From: a bacterium | GTDB taxonomy: Bacteria > Electryoneota > Electryoneia > Electryoneales > Electryoneaceae | Reading direction: 5' to 3' | Assembly (NCBI GenBank): GCA_963669175.1 | Contig: OY769902.1 | Span: 2,720,001-2,784,000, forward strand | Length of the DNA stretch: 64,000 bases | In this document: piece after piece, positions 51,993 through 61,131 of the stretch | Layout: the number at the start of each line of letters is the position of its first letter | Numbering within the stretch: the stretch's first letter is position 1 | Position numbers and translations under genes: made by a program | Notes under the pieces: model-generated | Databases searched by the model: none | Seen by the model: only the letters and a program-made list of their open reading frames with translations | Told to the model about the DNA's origin: nothing

Positions 51993-52934
51993 ATGCGATG
52001 CGAAAAAGCGATTATCCTCACAATTATTCTGGTGGGCATTCTACTGATCATGAGCCCCGCTCATGCCCAACTGGAATCTCCGTCTTCTCCGGCCGGTTTT
52101 ATTCGTTATTCCTTTGAGGAAGGTTGGAACGCGATTTCCCTGCCATTCCTGCAAGAAGATGAAGACCTGGAAGATGTCTTCACGGATGACTTGAGCCTGG
52201 AATGTTTCCTGACCGGAGGCGCTACAGAAGAAGAGTCGGATCGTGTGCTGGTATTCGATCCTGAATTCGGTCAATGGATTTCAGCATGGATTGATGAGGA
52301 TGGCGATTGGCAGGGATCCCTGACGTCACGTGATCCACGATATGACTGGGTGTATTGGGTACAGATCCGTGAGGGCCATCAGAGGAACGATGAACTGCTG
52401 GTGCGTGGACTCGGATGTAATGAACCTATGATAGATCGTGGCGTATATCAGCCGGGTATGCATTTCATCAGCCCGATCTGGGCGGGAGAGTTTGAATTAA
52501 GGTTTTCTGGTCTTGAAGAGGCCGGTTATTCTTTTGACAGCATTTTGCCCCAGGATCCAGACGAATATACAGGCGAAGTTTCCAACTATATCCTTGAATT
52601 TGACGGGAATGGTTGGCACAGGGTGGCTTACTCCACAAGTTTGTTGAGGATCGATAAATGGGATGGAAATCTTAATGCCTTTACGCCAGGGAAAGCTTAT
52701 ATACTTGTTATTCATGAGCCAATCGACTGGTATTATTACCGGCGTCCCGATTTAGCAGGACCTACTGCAACGAACGCTACCCAATCGAACTCTGAAAGGC
52801 CAGTCAGGAAAGCAGTCAGCGTAACTTCATACCGTGTGTCTGATTTGCCGCCCTTGCCCGAAGTCCAGCGTCACCAGACAAGGAATGAATCTTCTTCACC
52901 AGCACAATCAATACGGGAGAGGAAGGAACAATGA
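51993..52934 (+). CDS. Exported hypothetical protein (GWN.ISLP-type repeat domain)
   Basis: Signal peptide ending AHA; two related halves (W.G.L...; G..Y/W..); ATGA overlap with the next gene. Confidence 0.7.
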   Translation: MRCEKAIILTIILVGILLIMSPAHAQLESPSSPAGFIRYSFEEGWNAISLPFLQEDEDLEDVFTDDLSLECFLTGGATEEESDRVLVFDPEFGQWISAWIDEDGDWQGSLTSRDPRYDWVYWVQIREGHQRNDELLVRGLGCNEPMIDRGVYQPGMHFISPIWAGEFELRFSGLEEAGYSFDSILPQDPDEYTGEVSNYILEFDGNGWHRVAYSTSLLRIDKWDGNLNAFTPGKAYILVIHEPIDWYYYRRPDLAGPTATNATQSNSERPVRKAVSVTSYRVSDLPPLPEVQRHQTRNESSSPAQSIRERKEQ

Positions 52935-54223
52935 GACGCTTTGTAAGGCTACTCCTGGTACTGGTGCTGTTATCTTTCTGCACATCGGTTAATGCGCAGC
53001 CGGACATCATTCCCCATTTCATCGCTGCGTATGATACGATTGACTTGGGGTATCTTTACGCCCCGGACCTGACGAACAGAGAGTGGCTGGAGGAGGAAAG
53101 CTGCTGGCAGATAATTGTATCCACGGAAGATGACCAATTAAACCCGGTCAGCGTTGATTCAGCAACCCTTGGACAGCCGACAGGGGACGATAAGGTTATC
53201 TATCAAAGTGTAGTAGGGTATACAGGTTCGAATGGATGCTCACTTATCGGAGCGGTGATATTAGATACTGACTACATTGGCAGACCTGTGTTTATTCGTG
53301 TTTTCAAGCAACTACACCCCACTTTTAATGGAGTTTTCACAGAAAGCTACAAACCGGGGTATCTGGAGAATCCTGAAGAATCCCACTTCAGTTTTGTACC
53401 GATTCTATCCAGAGGTCATGGTGGCTTCATGGATATGTGGCTTGATTCGACCGGGATTGCCCCGCGCGTCTATGTTGATTCGCTTGACCTTTCGCAAACT
53501 GAATATTCCCGAATATTTGGTGACACGGGTACCATTACGCTGTCAGCTTCTAATCCCTTATCCATACGTACAGTCTTGGTGCGAGTATTTGATGGAGCCC
53601 CCTCGGACTGGAATATGTCCGAACCACCCCTTGAACGAACAGTCGCAGTTTCGATGGAAAAGATAGAGTATGAAACGGGCAATGGTGAGTTTGCCCTGAA
53701 TTTAAAGTTCACTGAGGAAGAATTGGCTGCTCGCTATGGTGGTGAATATGAACCTGAAGATATGATTTTATACGAGTTCAATCCTCGAACAAGTCATGGG
53801 ATAACCTACAATTGGCATGAGTTGACTTCTTCCGTGAGTCAGGGGGAAGGAAGCACATGGATTGTTACAAGAACAAGATCCTCTTTGCCTATTGGAGGCC
53901 GGTTTACCATCGCTCCACGCAATCTGGTTGGCGTGGAAGAAGAGCCGGTCGCTACAATCACATCCTATCAACTGCATTCCGCGTACCCGAACCCGTTCAA
54001 TCCTACCACACGCTTGACACTGGACTTACCTCAACGTCAAACTGCCGTGCTCGAGGTGTACAACATGCTGGGCCGACGAGTCGCAACAGTTTACCAGGGT
54101 GACTTGCCAATGGGGCGTCATGAGTTTACGTTTGACGCTACAAGATTGGCCAGCGGAGTTTACTTTGCGGTTGCCCAGGCAGGGTCGTATCATGCCGTGA
54201 AGAAACTCGTGGTCCTCAAGTAA
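52931..54223 (+). CDS. Secreted protein with T9SS type-A C-terminal sorting domain
   Basis: Signal peptide; C-terminus AYPNPFNPTT...VYNMLGR.V...LASGVYF...KKLVVLK. Confidence 0.88.
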   Translation: MRRFVRLLLVLVLLSFCTSVNAQPDIIPHFIAAYDTIDLGYLYAPDLTNREWLEEESCWQIIVSTEDDQLNPVSVDSATLGQPTGDDKVIYQSVVGYTGSNGCSLIGAVILDTDYIGRPVFIRVFKQLHPTFNGVFTESYKPGYLENPEESHFSFVPILSRGHGGFMDMWLDSTGIAPRVYVDSLDLSQTEYSRIFGDTGTITLSASNPLSIRTVLVRVFDGAPSDWNMSEPPLERTVAVSMEKIEYETGNGEFALNLKFTEEELAARYGGEYEPEDMILYEFNPRTSHGITYNWHELTSSVSQGEGSTWIVTRTRSSLPIGGRFTIAPRNLVGVEEEPVATITSYQLHSAYPNPFNPTTRLTLDLPQRQTAVLEVYNMLGRRVATVYQGDLPMGRHEFTFDATRLASGVYFAVAQAGSYHAVKKLVVLK

Positions 54224-54249
54224 TTCGATTTTTTCCTGGAGCGTAACCT

Positions 54250-55197
54250 ATGCGCAACTGGTTCATGGTGATCAGTCTTGCCCTGTTGATGTTGCTTCCT
54301 GTATTTGGCTGCAACCGTGGACTGGCAGAGGAACCGATTGAGATCGTCTATTCGGGGAATCTGATCGGATCTATCGGACCATGTAATTGCCCCAACAACA
54401 AGGCTGGCGGGCTCCCTCGCCGGGCATATACACAAGCGCGATTAAACAGTTCCATTACCCATCGCCTGGTCATCGATGCCGGGAACTTCACCGCGATTCA
54501 CCCGGATTACGGGCCTGCGAAAACCGAGCTGTTGCTGGCGGGGATGGTGCAGCTCGGGATTGATGCGATCAACATCGGCTACCGTGATCTCCGCAGTGGG
54601 CATGAATTCCTCGAGGAAATCCAGCAGGAATACCTGGTTCCCTTTGTTTCGGCAAATGTCTACGATATGAAAACCAAAACAAGACCTTTCGCGGGACATC
54701 GCATGATCCGCCTGGGCGCCAGCGTGTTCGATCCCGGTTTTCTTGTAGCGGTTATAGGCATAACAGATCAGAAACGACGCACTTTCCCAGGCCAGAATTA
54801 TCGTATCGAAGACCCAGCCGAATCGCTTCAGGCCGAACTTGACGAAATTGCTGGACAGGCGCAGCTTGTCATCCTGATGACAGATGCCGAGCGTGCGGAT
54901 ATCATCAACTGGACTCGCAACCTTGAAGGACGGCTGGACCTGATCGTATCCAGTAACAACCGTCTCGGTCATGGTCGCATGTTGAATGAGAACGGGTATC
55001 CGCTGGTCAGTACCGGAAGGCAGGGGAAATACTTCGATCGTCTGGTTGCTGCGCACGTGGGCTCGCATCAGTGGCAGTTTGAACGTCATTCCATTATGCT
55101 CGATTCCGAGGTGCCTTCCGATCCGGATCTGGTGAAGTATATCCGAAAACTCCAGAAAGAACTGAACCTGACGACCAGCCAGGTGGGGGATATTTAA
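54250..55197 (+). CDS. UshA/5'-nucleotidase-like metallophosphoesterase-fold lipoprotein with CxC motif
   Basis: Lipobox VFGC; G...PCNC....GGL.RR, IDAGN, DA.N.G..D, FVSAN, V.VIG.T, G..GK. Confidence 0.7.
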   Translation: MRNWFMVISLALLMLLPVFGCNRGLAEEPIEIVYSGNLIGSIGPCNCPNNKAGGLPRRAYTQARLNSSITHRLVIDAGNFTAIHPDYGPAKTELLLAGMVQLGIDAINIGYRDLRSGHEFLEEIQQEYLVPFVSANVYDMKTKTRPFAGHRMIRLGASVFDPGFLVAVIGITDQKRRTFPGQNYRIEDPAESLQAELDEIAGQAQLVILMTDAERADIINWTRNLEGRLDLIVSSNNRLGHGRMLNENGYPLVSTGRQGKYFDRLVAAHVGSHQWQFERHSIMLDSEVPSDPDLVKYIRKLQKELNLTTSQVGDI

Positions 55198-55628
55198 TGG
55201 CAGCAGAAACAACCCTGAAGAAGTTGATTGATGCCGCTACTGAAGTACGCCTGCATGCACGCGCTGACTATTCCGGCTTTAAGGTTGGCGCAGCGCTGGA
55301 GGACAGCGAGGGACGCATCTGGACCGGGTGCAATGTGGAGTCCTCCAGTTACAGTATGACCATTTGCGCGGAACGGGTTGCTCTGGTAAAGGCAATCTCT
55401 GAAGGCGCTTCCGGGTTTACTCGTCTGGTTATCACCGCATCAGGAAAGTTGGGAGATGAACCCGTTACCCCTTGCGGAGCATGCCGGCAGTTATTATATG
55501 ACTATGCGAGAAATGTGGAGGTCTGGCTGATCAACCCGGAAACCGGGCAGCAGCGTTCATACCCGTTGAAAGACCTGTATCCATATCCGTTTGGTGGGGA
55601 GATGCTCAAGGAAGGGGAGAGTGCATGA
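55197..55628 (+). CDS. cdd: Cytidine deaminase
   Basis: YS.FKVGAAL, GCNVE, CAER, PCGACRQ. Confidence 0.96.
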   Translation: MAAETTLKKLIDAATEVRLHARADYSGFKVGAALEDSEGRIWTGCNVESSSYSMTICAERVALVKAISEGASGFTRLVITASGKLGDEPVTPCGACRQLLYDYARNVEVWLINPETGQQRSYPLKDLYPYPFGGEMLKEGESA

Positions 55629-56239
55629 AACCGAAGGCTTTTGTTGGCATTGCCGGAGGAACGTGCAGCGGGAAAACACTGGTAAGTAAACGGATTGCCG
55701 AGAATGTTGGATGCAAGCATGTCCTGATATGTAACCAGGACAGTTATTACGTGGACCTGAGAGATGTTCCTGCCGCAAAACGGGCGTCATGGAATTTTGA
55801 TCGCCCCACTGCGTTTGATTACAAGCTCCTGTTGAAGAATATGCGTGACCTGATGGACGGCAAATCCGTTGAGGAACCCGTCTATTCTTTTGTCGAACAT
55901 ATTCGTACCGGAGAATTTCACACGCTTGAACCCGCCCCGGTTGTGATTCTTGAGGGCATTCTGGCCTATGATGATCCCAAGCTCCGGGAGATGATGCAAT
56001 TCAAGATCTTCGTCGATGAAGATGCCGATATTCGTCTGGCCCGCAGATTAAAGCGGGATGTGGCGGAACGAGGACGCAGCAGCGAAAGTGTGATCGATCA
56101 ATATGTGAACACGGTTCGGCCTGCGCATCTTGCCTTCATTGCGCCGCTTAAACGGTTTGCGGATATCATCATCCCACGGGGTGGCGAGAATGTCGCGGCG
56201 ATAGAAATCCTGTCCAACCACATAAAAGCCCTGCTGTAG
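55625..56239 (+). CDS. udk: Uridine kinase
   Basis: GIAGG..SGKT, QDSYY, NFD.P.AFD, RRL.RD..ERGR, ADIIIP.GG.N. Confidence 0.95.
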   Translation: MKPKAFVGIAGGTCSGKTLVSKRIAENVGCKHVLICNQDSYYVDLRDVPAAKRASWNFDRPTAFDYKLLLKNMRDLMDGKSVEEPVYSFVEHIRTGEFHTLEPAPVVILEGILAYDDPKLREMMQFKIFVDEDADIRLARRLKRDVAERGRSSESVIDQYVNTVRPAHLAFIAPLKRFADIIIPRGGENVAAIEILSNHIKALL

Positions 56240-56250
56240 GAGTCCGATTC

Positions 56251-56874
56251 ATGTTGCACGTTGTCCGCGGTGAAAGCGGATGGGTGGAAGTTGTCTGCGG
56301 TTGCATGTTTGCCGGAAAAACGGAAGAATTGATCCGACGCCTGGTGCGTGCGAAAATCGCACGGCTGGATACGGTTGTTTTCAAACCCCTGATCGATGAT
56401 CGCTATGACAAGGAAGATGTTGTTTCCCATAGCGAAATGCGAATCCCGTCGATCCCGGCACGGAATTCGCGTGAGATCGAAGAACTGGCCGGAAATGCGC
56501 AGGTGCTGGGCATAGATGAAGCTCAGTTCTTCGATGAGGGCCTGGTGCAGGTGGTGCGACGGCTGGCGAACAAGGGCAAACGTGTAATCGTCGCCGGATT
56601 GGACACAGACTATCGTGGTATTCCCTTTGATCCCATGCCGCAGATCATGTGCGAAGCGGAATATGTGACCAAGGTGATGGCAGTCTGCCACCGCTGCGGA
56701 GCGCCGGCGCATCGGACGCAACGCTTAGGCGGCGGCAAGGAGAGAATCGTTGTCGGCGGTGGAGCGATTTACGAGGCAAGGTGCCGGAATTGCTGGGAAC
56801 CGCCCTTGGAAGATGGTGAACCTACCGGACAGGCAAGACTGTTTAACGGAAATTCAAGCGACGAACAGGGATAA
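56251..56874 (+). CDS. tdk: Thymidine kinase
   Basis: GCMFAGKTEELIRR, FKP.ID.RY, IDEAQFF, AGLD.D, YEARCR.C. Confidence 0.97.
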   Translation: MLHVVRGESGWVEVVCGCMFAGKTEELIRRLVRAKIARLDTVVFKPLIDDRYDKEDVVSHSEMRIPSIPARNSREIEELAGNAQVLGIDEAQFFDEGLVQVVRRLANKGKRVIVAGLDTDYRGIPFDPMPQIMCEAEYVTKVMAVCHRCGAPAHRTQRLGGGKERIVVGGGAIYEARCRNCWEPPLEDGEPTGQARLFNGNSSDEQG

Positions 56875-56883
56875 GGGAGTTCT

Positions 56884-58437
56884 ATGCAACGTCAACGACC
56901 ATTAACCTGGATAATCGTTACCGGACTTCTGCTTTTGTTCTCCGGTCTTGGCTTCGCGCAGGAAGAACCCGCTGCCGAGCAGGGATTGTCGCTTGAAGCC
57001 ATTGACAGCATTGCGACTGCCGCTGAAACAGGCGACGAGATCGAAGCGGGGGAAGCGGCTATTGCGGAAGTTGCAGAAGAGACCGAACACCTGATTCAGA
57101 CTCATGATCTGGATACAAGCACTTCCTTTCTGCAACGTCTGACCGGGATTATCGGCGTCTTTGTCCTGATGGGGCTCGCCTTCCTGATGTCCCGCAACAA
57201 AAAGTCAATCAACTGGCGAACGATCCTGGTCGGTGTGGGGCTTCAATTCATTTTCGCGTTACTCGTACTGAAAACCCCGCCGGGACGCTGGATATTTGAG
57301 CAATCCCGTGAAGTCATAGTCCGGTTGCTGTCCTATGCGGATTATGGCGCTAAATTCATGTTCGGTGATTTTTATCTCAGTCATCCCGGTGTCGCCGCTT
57401 CGGTCGCGGATGACATCGCGCCGGGTGGTCTGATTCATGGTTTCCAGGTCTGGGATCCGGCCGGGCAATCCTTTGTCAGCCTCGGAACGATCTTCGCATT
57501 TCATGTATTGCCTACGATCATTTTCTTCGCCTCTCTGTTGGGAGTGTTGTATTACCTGGGAATCATGCAGCGTATTGTGCAGGTCTTTGCCTGGGTGATG
57601 AAACGGGCCATGGGGATCAGCGGTGCGGAATCCCTGTCGGCAGCGAGTAACATCTTTGTCGGGCAGACCGAAGCGCCGTTTGTGGTGAAGCCTTACCTGG
57701 GCAAGATGACCCTGAGCGAGATCATGGCGGTGATGACCGGCGGGTTCGCTACGGTCGCCGGGGGGGTGATGGCGGCGTATACACGCTTCGGCATGGACCC
57801 CGCTCACCTCATGGCGGCATCGGTTATGAGCGCGCCCGCAGCGATGGTCATGGCGAAAATGATTATCCCGGAAACGGAAACACCGGTCACTCGTGACGGC
57901 GCGAAAATTCATACCGAGAAAACGGCCTCGAATGTCATCGACGCTGCCGCATCAGGCGCTACGGACGGGCTCAAGCTGGCGGTGAATGTGGCGGCCATGC
58001 TGATTGCATTTATCGCTATCATCGCCCTGTTAAACGGTATCCTCGGCTGGGTGGGCGGCCTGTTCGGTTTCCCGCAGTTGTCGCTGAAGATGATCCTCGG
58101 CGTCGTCTTTTCACCAATCGCCTTGTCCATCGGCGTATCACCGAAGGATATGCTTGAAGTCGGTTACCTGTTGGGGACCAAAATCAGTTTAAACGAGTTT
58201 GTCGCGTTTATTGACCTGGCCGCACTGAAAGGCCAGATCAGCGACCGTAGCTTTGTCATCGCAACCTACGCCTTGTGCGGCTTCGCCAACCTGTCGTCCA
58301 TCGCAATCCAGATCGGAGGTATCGCCGCCCTGGTGCCGGAACGACGGAAAGACCTGGCCAAACTGGGCATGCGCGCCATGATCGCCGGCGCCCTGGCAAG
58401 CTGGCAAACCGCCGCTATCGCAGGGATTCTGCTCTGA
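56884..58437 (+). CDS. nupC: Concentrative nucleoside transporter (CNT/NupC family)
   Basis: VLPTIIFF, NIFVGQTEAP, MTGGFATVAG, NEFVA, YALCGFAN.SSIAIQIGG. Confidence 0.95.
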   Translation: MQRQRPLTWIIVTGLLLLFSGLGFAQEEPAAEQGLSLEAIDSIATAAETGDEIEAGEAAIAEVAEETEHLIQTHDLDTSTSFLQRLTGIIGVFVLMGLAFLMSRNKKSINWRTILVGVGLQFIFALLVLKTPPGRWIFEQSREVIVRLLSYADYGAKFMFGDFYLSHPGVAASVADDIAPGGLIHGFQVWDPAGQSFVSLGTIFAFHVLPTIIFFASLLGVLYYLGIMQRIVQVFAWVMKRAMGISGAESLSAASNIFVGQTEAPFVVKPYLGKMTLSEIMAVMTGGFATVAGGVMAAYTRFGMDPAHLMAASVMSAPAAMVMAKMIIPETETPVTRDGAKIHTEKTASNVIDAAASGATDGLKLAVNVAAMLIAFIAIIALLNGILGWVGGLFGFPQLSLKMILGVVFSPIALSIGVSPKDMLEVGYLLGTKISLNEFVAFIDLAALKGQISDRSFVIATYALCGFANLSSIAIQIGGIAALVPERRKDLAKLGMRAMIAGALASWQTAAIAGILL

Positions 58438-58590
58438 TTCACAAGATTCACAGGTATGATTCACAAGATGGACAGGATGAATTGATCAAGATGGACAGGA
58501 TGGGACGGATTGCTTGACTGGATGGGGGGATTTCTTAACAGGATAGGAATTTCCTGACAGGATGATAGGATAGAAGGATATCAAGGATAT
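58437..58590. repeat. Degenerate CA(A/G)GAT short repeats
   Basis: gattcacaagattcacagg...caagatggacaggatg (twice)...caggatgataggatagaaggatatcaaggat. Confidence 0.7.
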
Positions 58591-58754
58591 TCTTTCAGAT
58601 AGAACCGGAACTGACCGAAAGAGGTGGTTCCGGTTTATTATGGATGTAGAAAATGGGGACTGGCTCGCTTTTCCGTTGTGAAGGTTTAAGGCAAGCATTG
58701 AGGTCTACCTTCAAAACCAATAGCACTTGTTCTGACGAAAGCCCACGGGAAAAG

Positions 58755-58900
58755 GTGCCTGTCCCGCATTTTCGGGTGAGAATGTCATGTGTACCGGCCT
58801 CACCACACAGAAAAGGGTACAGCTTCCTTTTCCACTACCATCTTTACCAGTGTCATGCGTTAGCACGAGGAAAAGGATTCCGTCCCCTTTTCTTGATCCC
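58755..58900 (+). repeat. 146-bp direct repeat, copy 1
   Basis: Matches 60840-60985 with ~11 mismatches by manual alignment; contains CTGTCCC and CGTCCCC cores. Confidence 0.9.
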
Positions 58901-58947
58901 CCAGAGGTGTCATCCCCGTGTCACAGACTTTCGCAGAATGGAAAACA

Positions 58948-59099
58948 CTCTCATCCCAGCGAAGCAAACTGTCTCAGAATCACTGATGCTCTCATCCCAG
59001 CGAAGCAAACTGTCTCAGATTAGAAAACACTCTCATCCCAGCGAAGCAGACTGTCTCAGAATCACTGATGCTCTCATCCCAGCGAAGGCTGGGATCCAG
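58948..59099 (+). repeat. 41-bp-period tandem of CTCTCATCCCAGCGAAG ending in a complete REP hairpin
   Basis: Units at 58948, 58989, 59030, 59071; the last reads ATCCCAGC-gaag-GCTGGGAT-CCAG. Confidence 0.9.
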
Positions 59100-59151
59100 G
59101 CAAGTGTCGACATAATAATAAGTTGGACTTTATTACGACTCTCAATGAACA

Positions 59152-60614
59152 CTCGGTTTTGTTGAATTACTCAGGTCTTGCAAAAAGTAAAAGGCATGGT
59201 TCATTTTACAACCAAGAAGATGTCCAAGTCTTTCAGGGTTGTAAAGGAGATAACCATGCCTGCCATAACATCGTCATTTTTTGAGTTACTTGCAAGTTTT
59301 CGTCCGGTGTTTCGGAAACCTGTTTATGAGAATTTTGTACTGTTGGCTATCGGCGCTGTATTGAATTTCGGTCGTCAGACAGTCTGTCAGTTATTACGTG
59401 TATTTCCCGGACCGGTTGAAAAGAGTTGGTCTTGTTATCACCATTTTCTTTCGTCTGCCAACTGGTCCGCCCTGAAACTGGCAAAGATTCTCTGCTCTTT
59501 GATACTTGATCAGATTGCCGAACGTGATCCGATCCTTCTGATCGTGGATGATACCCTGATCCGTCGTTGGGGAAAGCATGTTTACCAGATATCCGTTCAC
59601 CGCGATCCCGTCCGTTCGGGCAAAGCAGGGACAAAAGTCGTTTATGCTCGCGGTCTTCAATGGATGGTGATTTCGATTGGTTTGCGCACCCGTTATCGTT
59701 CGCAGATCTGGGCGCTTCCTGTATTCGTGTTTCCGGAGATCGCCAAAAAGCGTGTTCCGGAATCGAAGTACCGCAGTCCTGTACACCTGATCATTCTCGG
59801 GGCGCGTCTGCTGCTTCGATGGTTCCCGGACCGCCGTTTCCTTATCCTTGCCGACGGTACGTTGAACTCCCACGAACTTCACCGTTTCGTGGCGAAAGAG
59901 AACCGTCTTGCTATCATCGGGCATTCGCGTATGGATACGGTGCTGCATGATCCGCCGCCTCCACCGAACGGGAAACGTGGACGTCCGCGCAAAGTCGGTG
60001 ACCGTTTGCCCGCACCGGGACAAGAGGCGAAAAAGCCGGATGCTGCCTGGGAAAAAGCGTCTTGCCTCTGGTATGGGAACAAGACAAAAGACCTGTTGCT
60101 GCTTTCCGGTGTTGGCTGCTGGTACCGTTCCGGGGAAGATGTTGTCCTGATACGCTGGGTGGTGGCGCGTGATCCCGACGGCAAAAACAAGGACATTGTC
60201 TTATCTACATCCAAAACAGACTTAACCCCGGCCCAGGTTGTCAGCTCATATGTACGACGATGGGCGTTGGAAACCACGTTTGAAGAGTCACGGAAACATC
60301 TGCGTATCGAAACGACAGAAAACTGGTCAAAAAAATCGATTCAAAGAACAGTGCCCCTGCTGTTTGGCTTGTTCAGTCTGATGGTTGTTTGGTATAGTCA
60401 GCAGCCAGAGCAGAAAGCTGTTGCGCAAACAGAGTGGTACACAAAACTGGAACCCAGTTTCTCAGACGTGCATCAGGCATTGCGTGCTGAATTGTGGATG
60501 CAGGCGATTTTTCCCGAATGCAAGCAGCCACGCGGATTCTTAAAAAAGAAAAGCAATATCCTTAAATTCCTTATTCACAAAGCCGCTTGATCCGCTAAAA
60601 TGAGCAAAACCGAG
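59152..60614 (+). mobile_element. Insertion sequence (IS701-like/DDE_5), 1463 bp
   Basis: TIR CTCGGTTTTG / CAAAACCGAG; 8-bp direct repeat AATGAACA at 59144-51 and 60615-22. Confidence 0.9.
59256..60590 (+). CDS. DDE transposase
   Basis: IVDDT, ILADG, Y.RRW..E..F.E, KRGRPRK.G; AAGGAG RBS. Confidence 0.93.
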   Translation: MPAITSSFFELLASFRPVFRKPVYENFVLLAIGAVLNFGRQTVCQLLRVFPGPVEKSWSCYHHFLSSANWSALKLAKILCSLILDQIAERDPILLIVDDTLIRRWGKHVYQISVHRDPVRSGKAGTKVVYARGLQWMVISIGLRTRYRSQIWALPVFVFPEIAKKRVPESKYRSPVHLIILGARLLLRWFPDRRFLILADGTLNSHELHRFVAKENRLAIIGHSRMDTVLHDPPPPPNGKRGRPRKVGDRLPAPGQEAKKPDAAWEKASCLWYGNKTKDLLLLSGVGCWYRSGEDVVLIRWVVARDPDGKNKDIVLSTSKTDLTPAQVVSSYVRRWALETTFEESRKHLRIETTENWSKKSIQRTVPLLFGLFSLMVVWYSQQPEQKAVAQTEWYTKLEPSFSDVHQALRAELWMQAIFPECKQPRGFLKKKSNILKFLIHKAA

Positions 60615-60666
60615 AATGAACAGCGTTTCTTGAGAATACTTAACCTCTTGTAATATCGCAATATGA

Positions 60667-60737
60667 CTGGATCCCAGCCTTCGCTGGGATGAGAGTATGC
60701 CTATTTTACGACAGTCTGGAAGGCTGGGATCCAGGCA
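60667..60737 (-). repeat. Inverted partner REP hairpin plus a half copy
   Basis: CTGGATCCCAGCCTTCGCTGGGATGAGAG (60667-95) is the reverse complement of 59071-99; GAAGGCTGGGATCCAGGCA near 60720. Confidence 0.88.
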
Positions 60738-60839
60738 GGTAGCAACAAAATAACCAGTTGGATACTCATTGCGACTCTTCATTTACCGTGCCTCTTGAAA
60801 GCACTCAAATGGTTATATTATCATAATATAACAGGTTTT

Positions 60840-60985
60840 GTGCCTGTCCCTCATTTTCGGGTGAGAATGCCATGTGTAACGGCCTCACCACACAGAAAAG
60901 GGTACAGCTTCCTTTTCCAATACCATCTTTTACAGTGTGAAACGTGAGCGCGAGGAAAAGGATTCCGTCCCCTTTTCTTGATCCC
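60840..60985 (+). repeat. 146-bp direct repeat, copy 2
   Basis: See 58755-58900. Confidence 0.9.
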
Positions 60986-61131
60986 TTTTTCGCAGAAGAT
61001 GAGTCGCATTCACAAACACCGAATCACATGAAATTCGTGCTTTTACTACCACATGCTTATTGATCTGAGCCGTTACGATTTTATACCTTACCCAATCAGC
61101 TATCCTCCAACCCCAAATCGTGAGGAATCTT

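Noticed and set aside
58948-59099. CRISPR-like spaced repeats
   Set aside because: Linkers are ~10 bp and repeat alternately rather than being unique spacers; no cas genes in the window.
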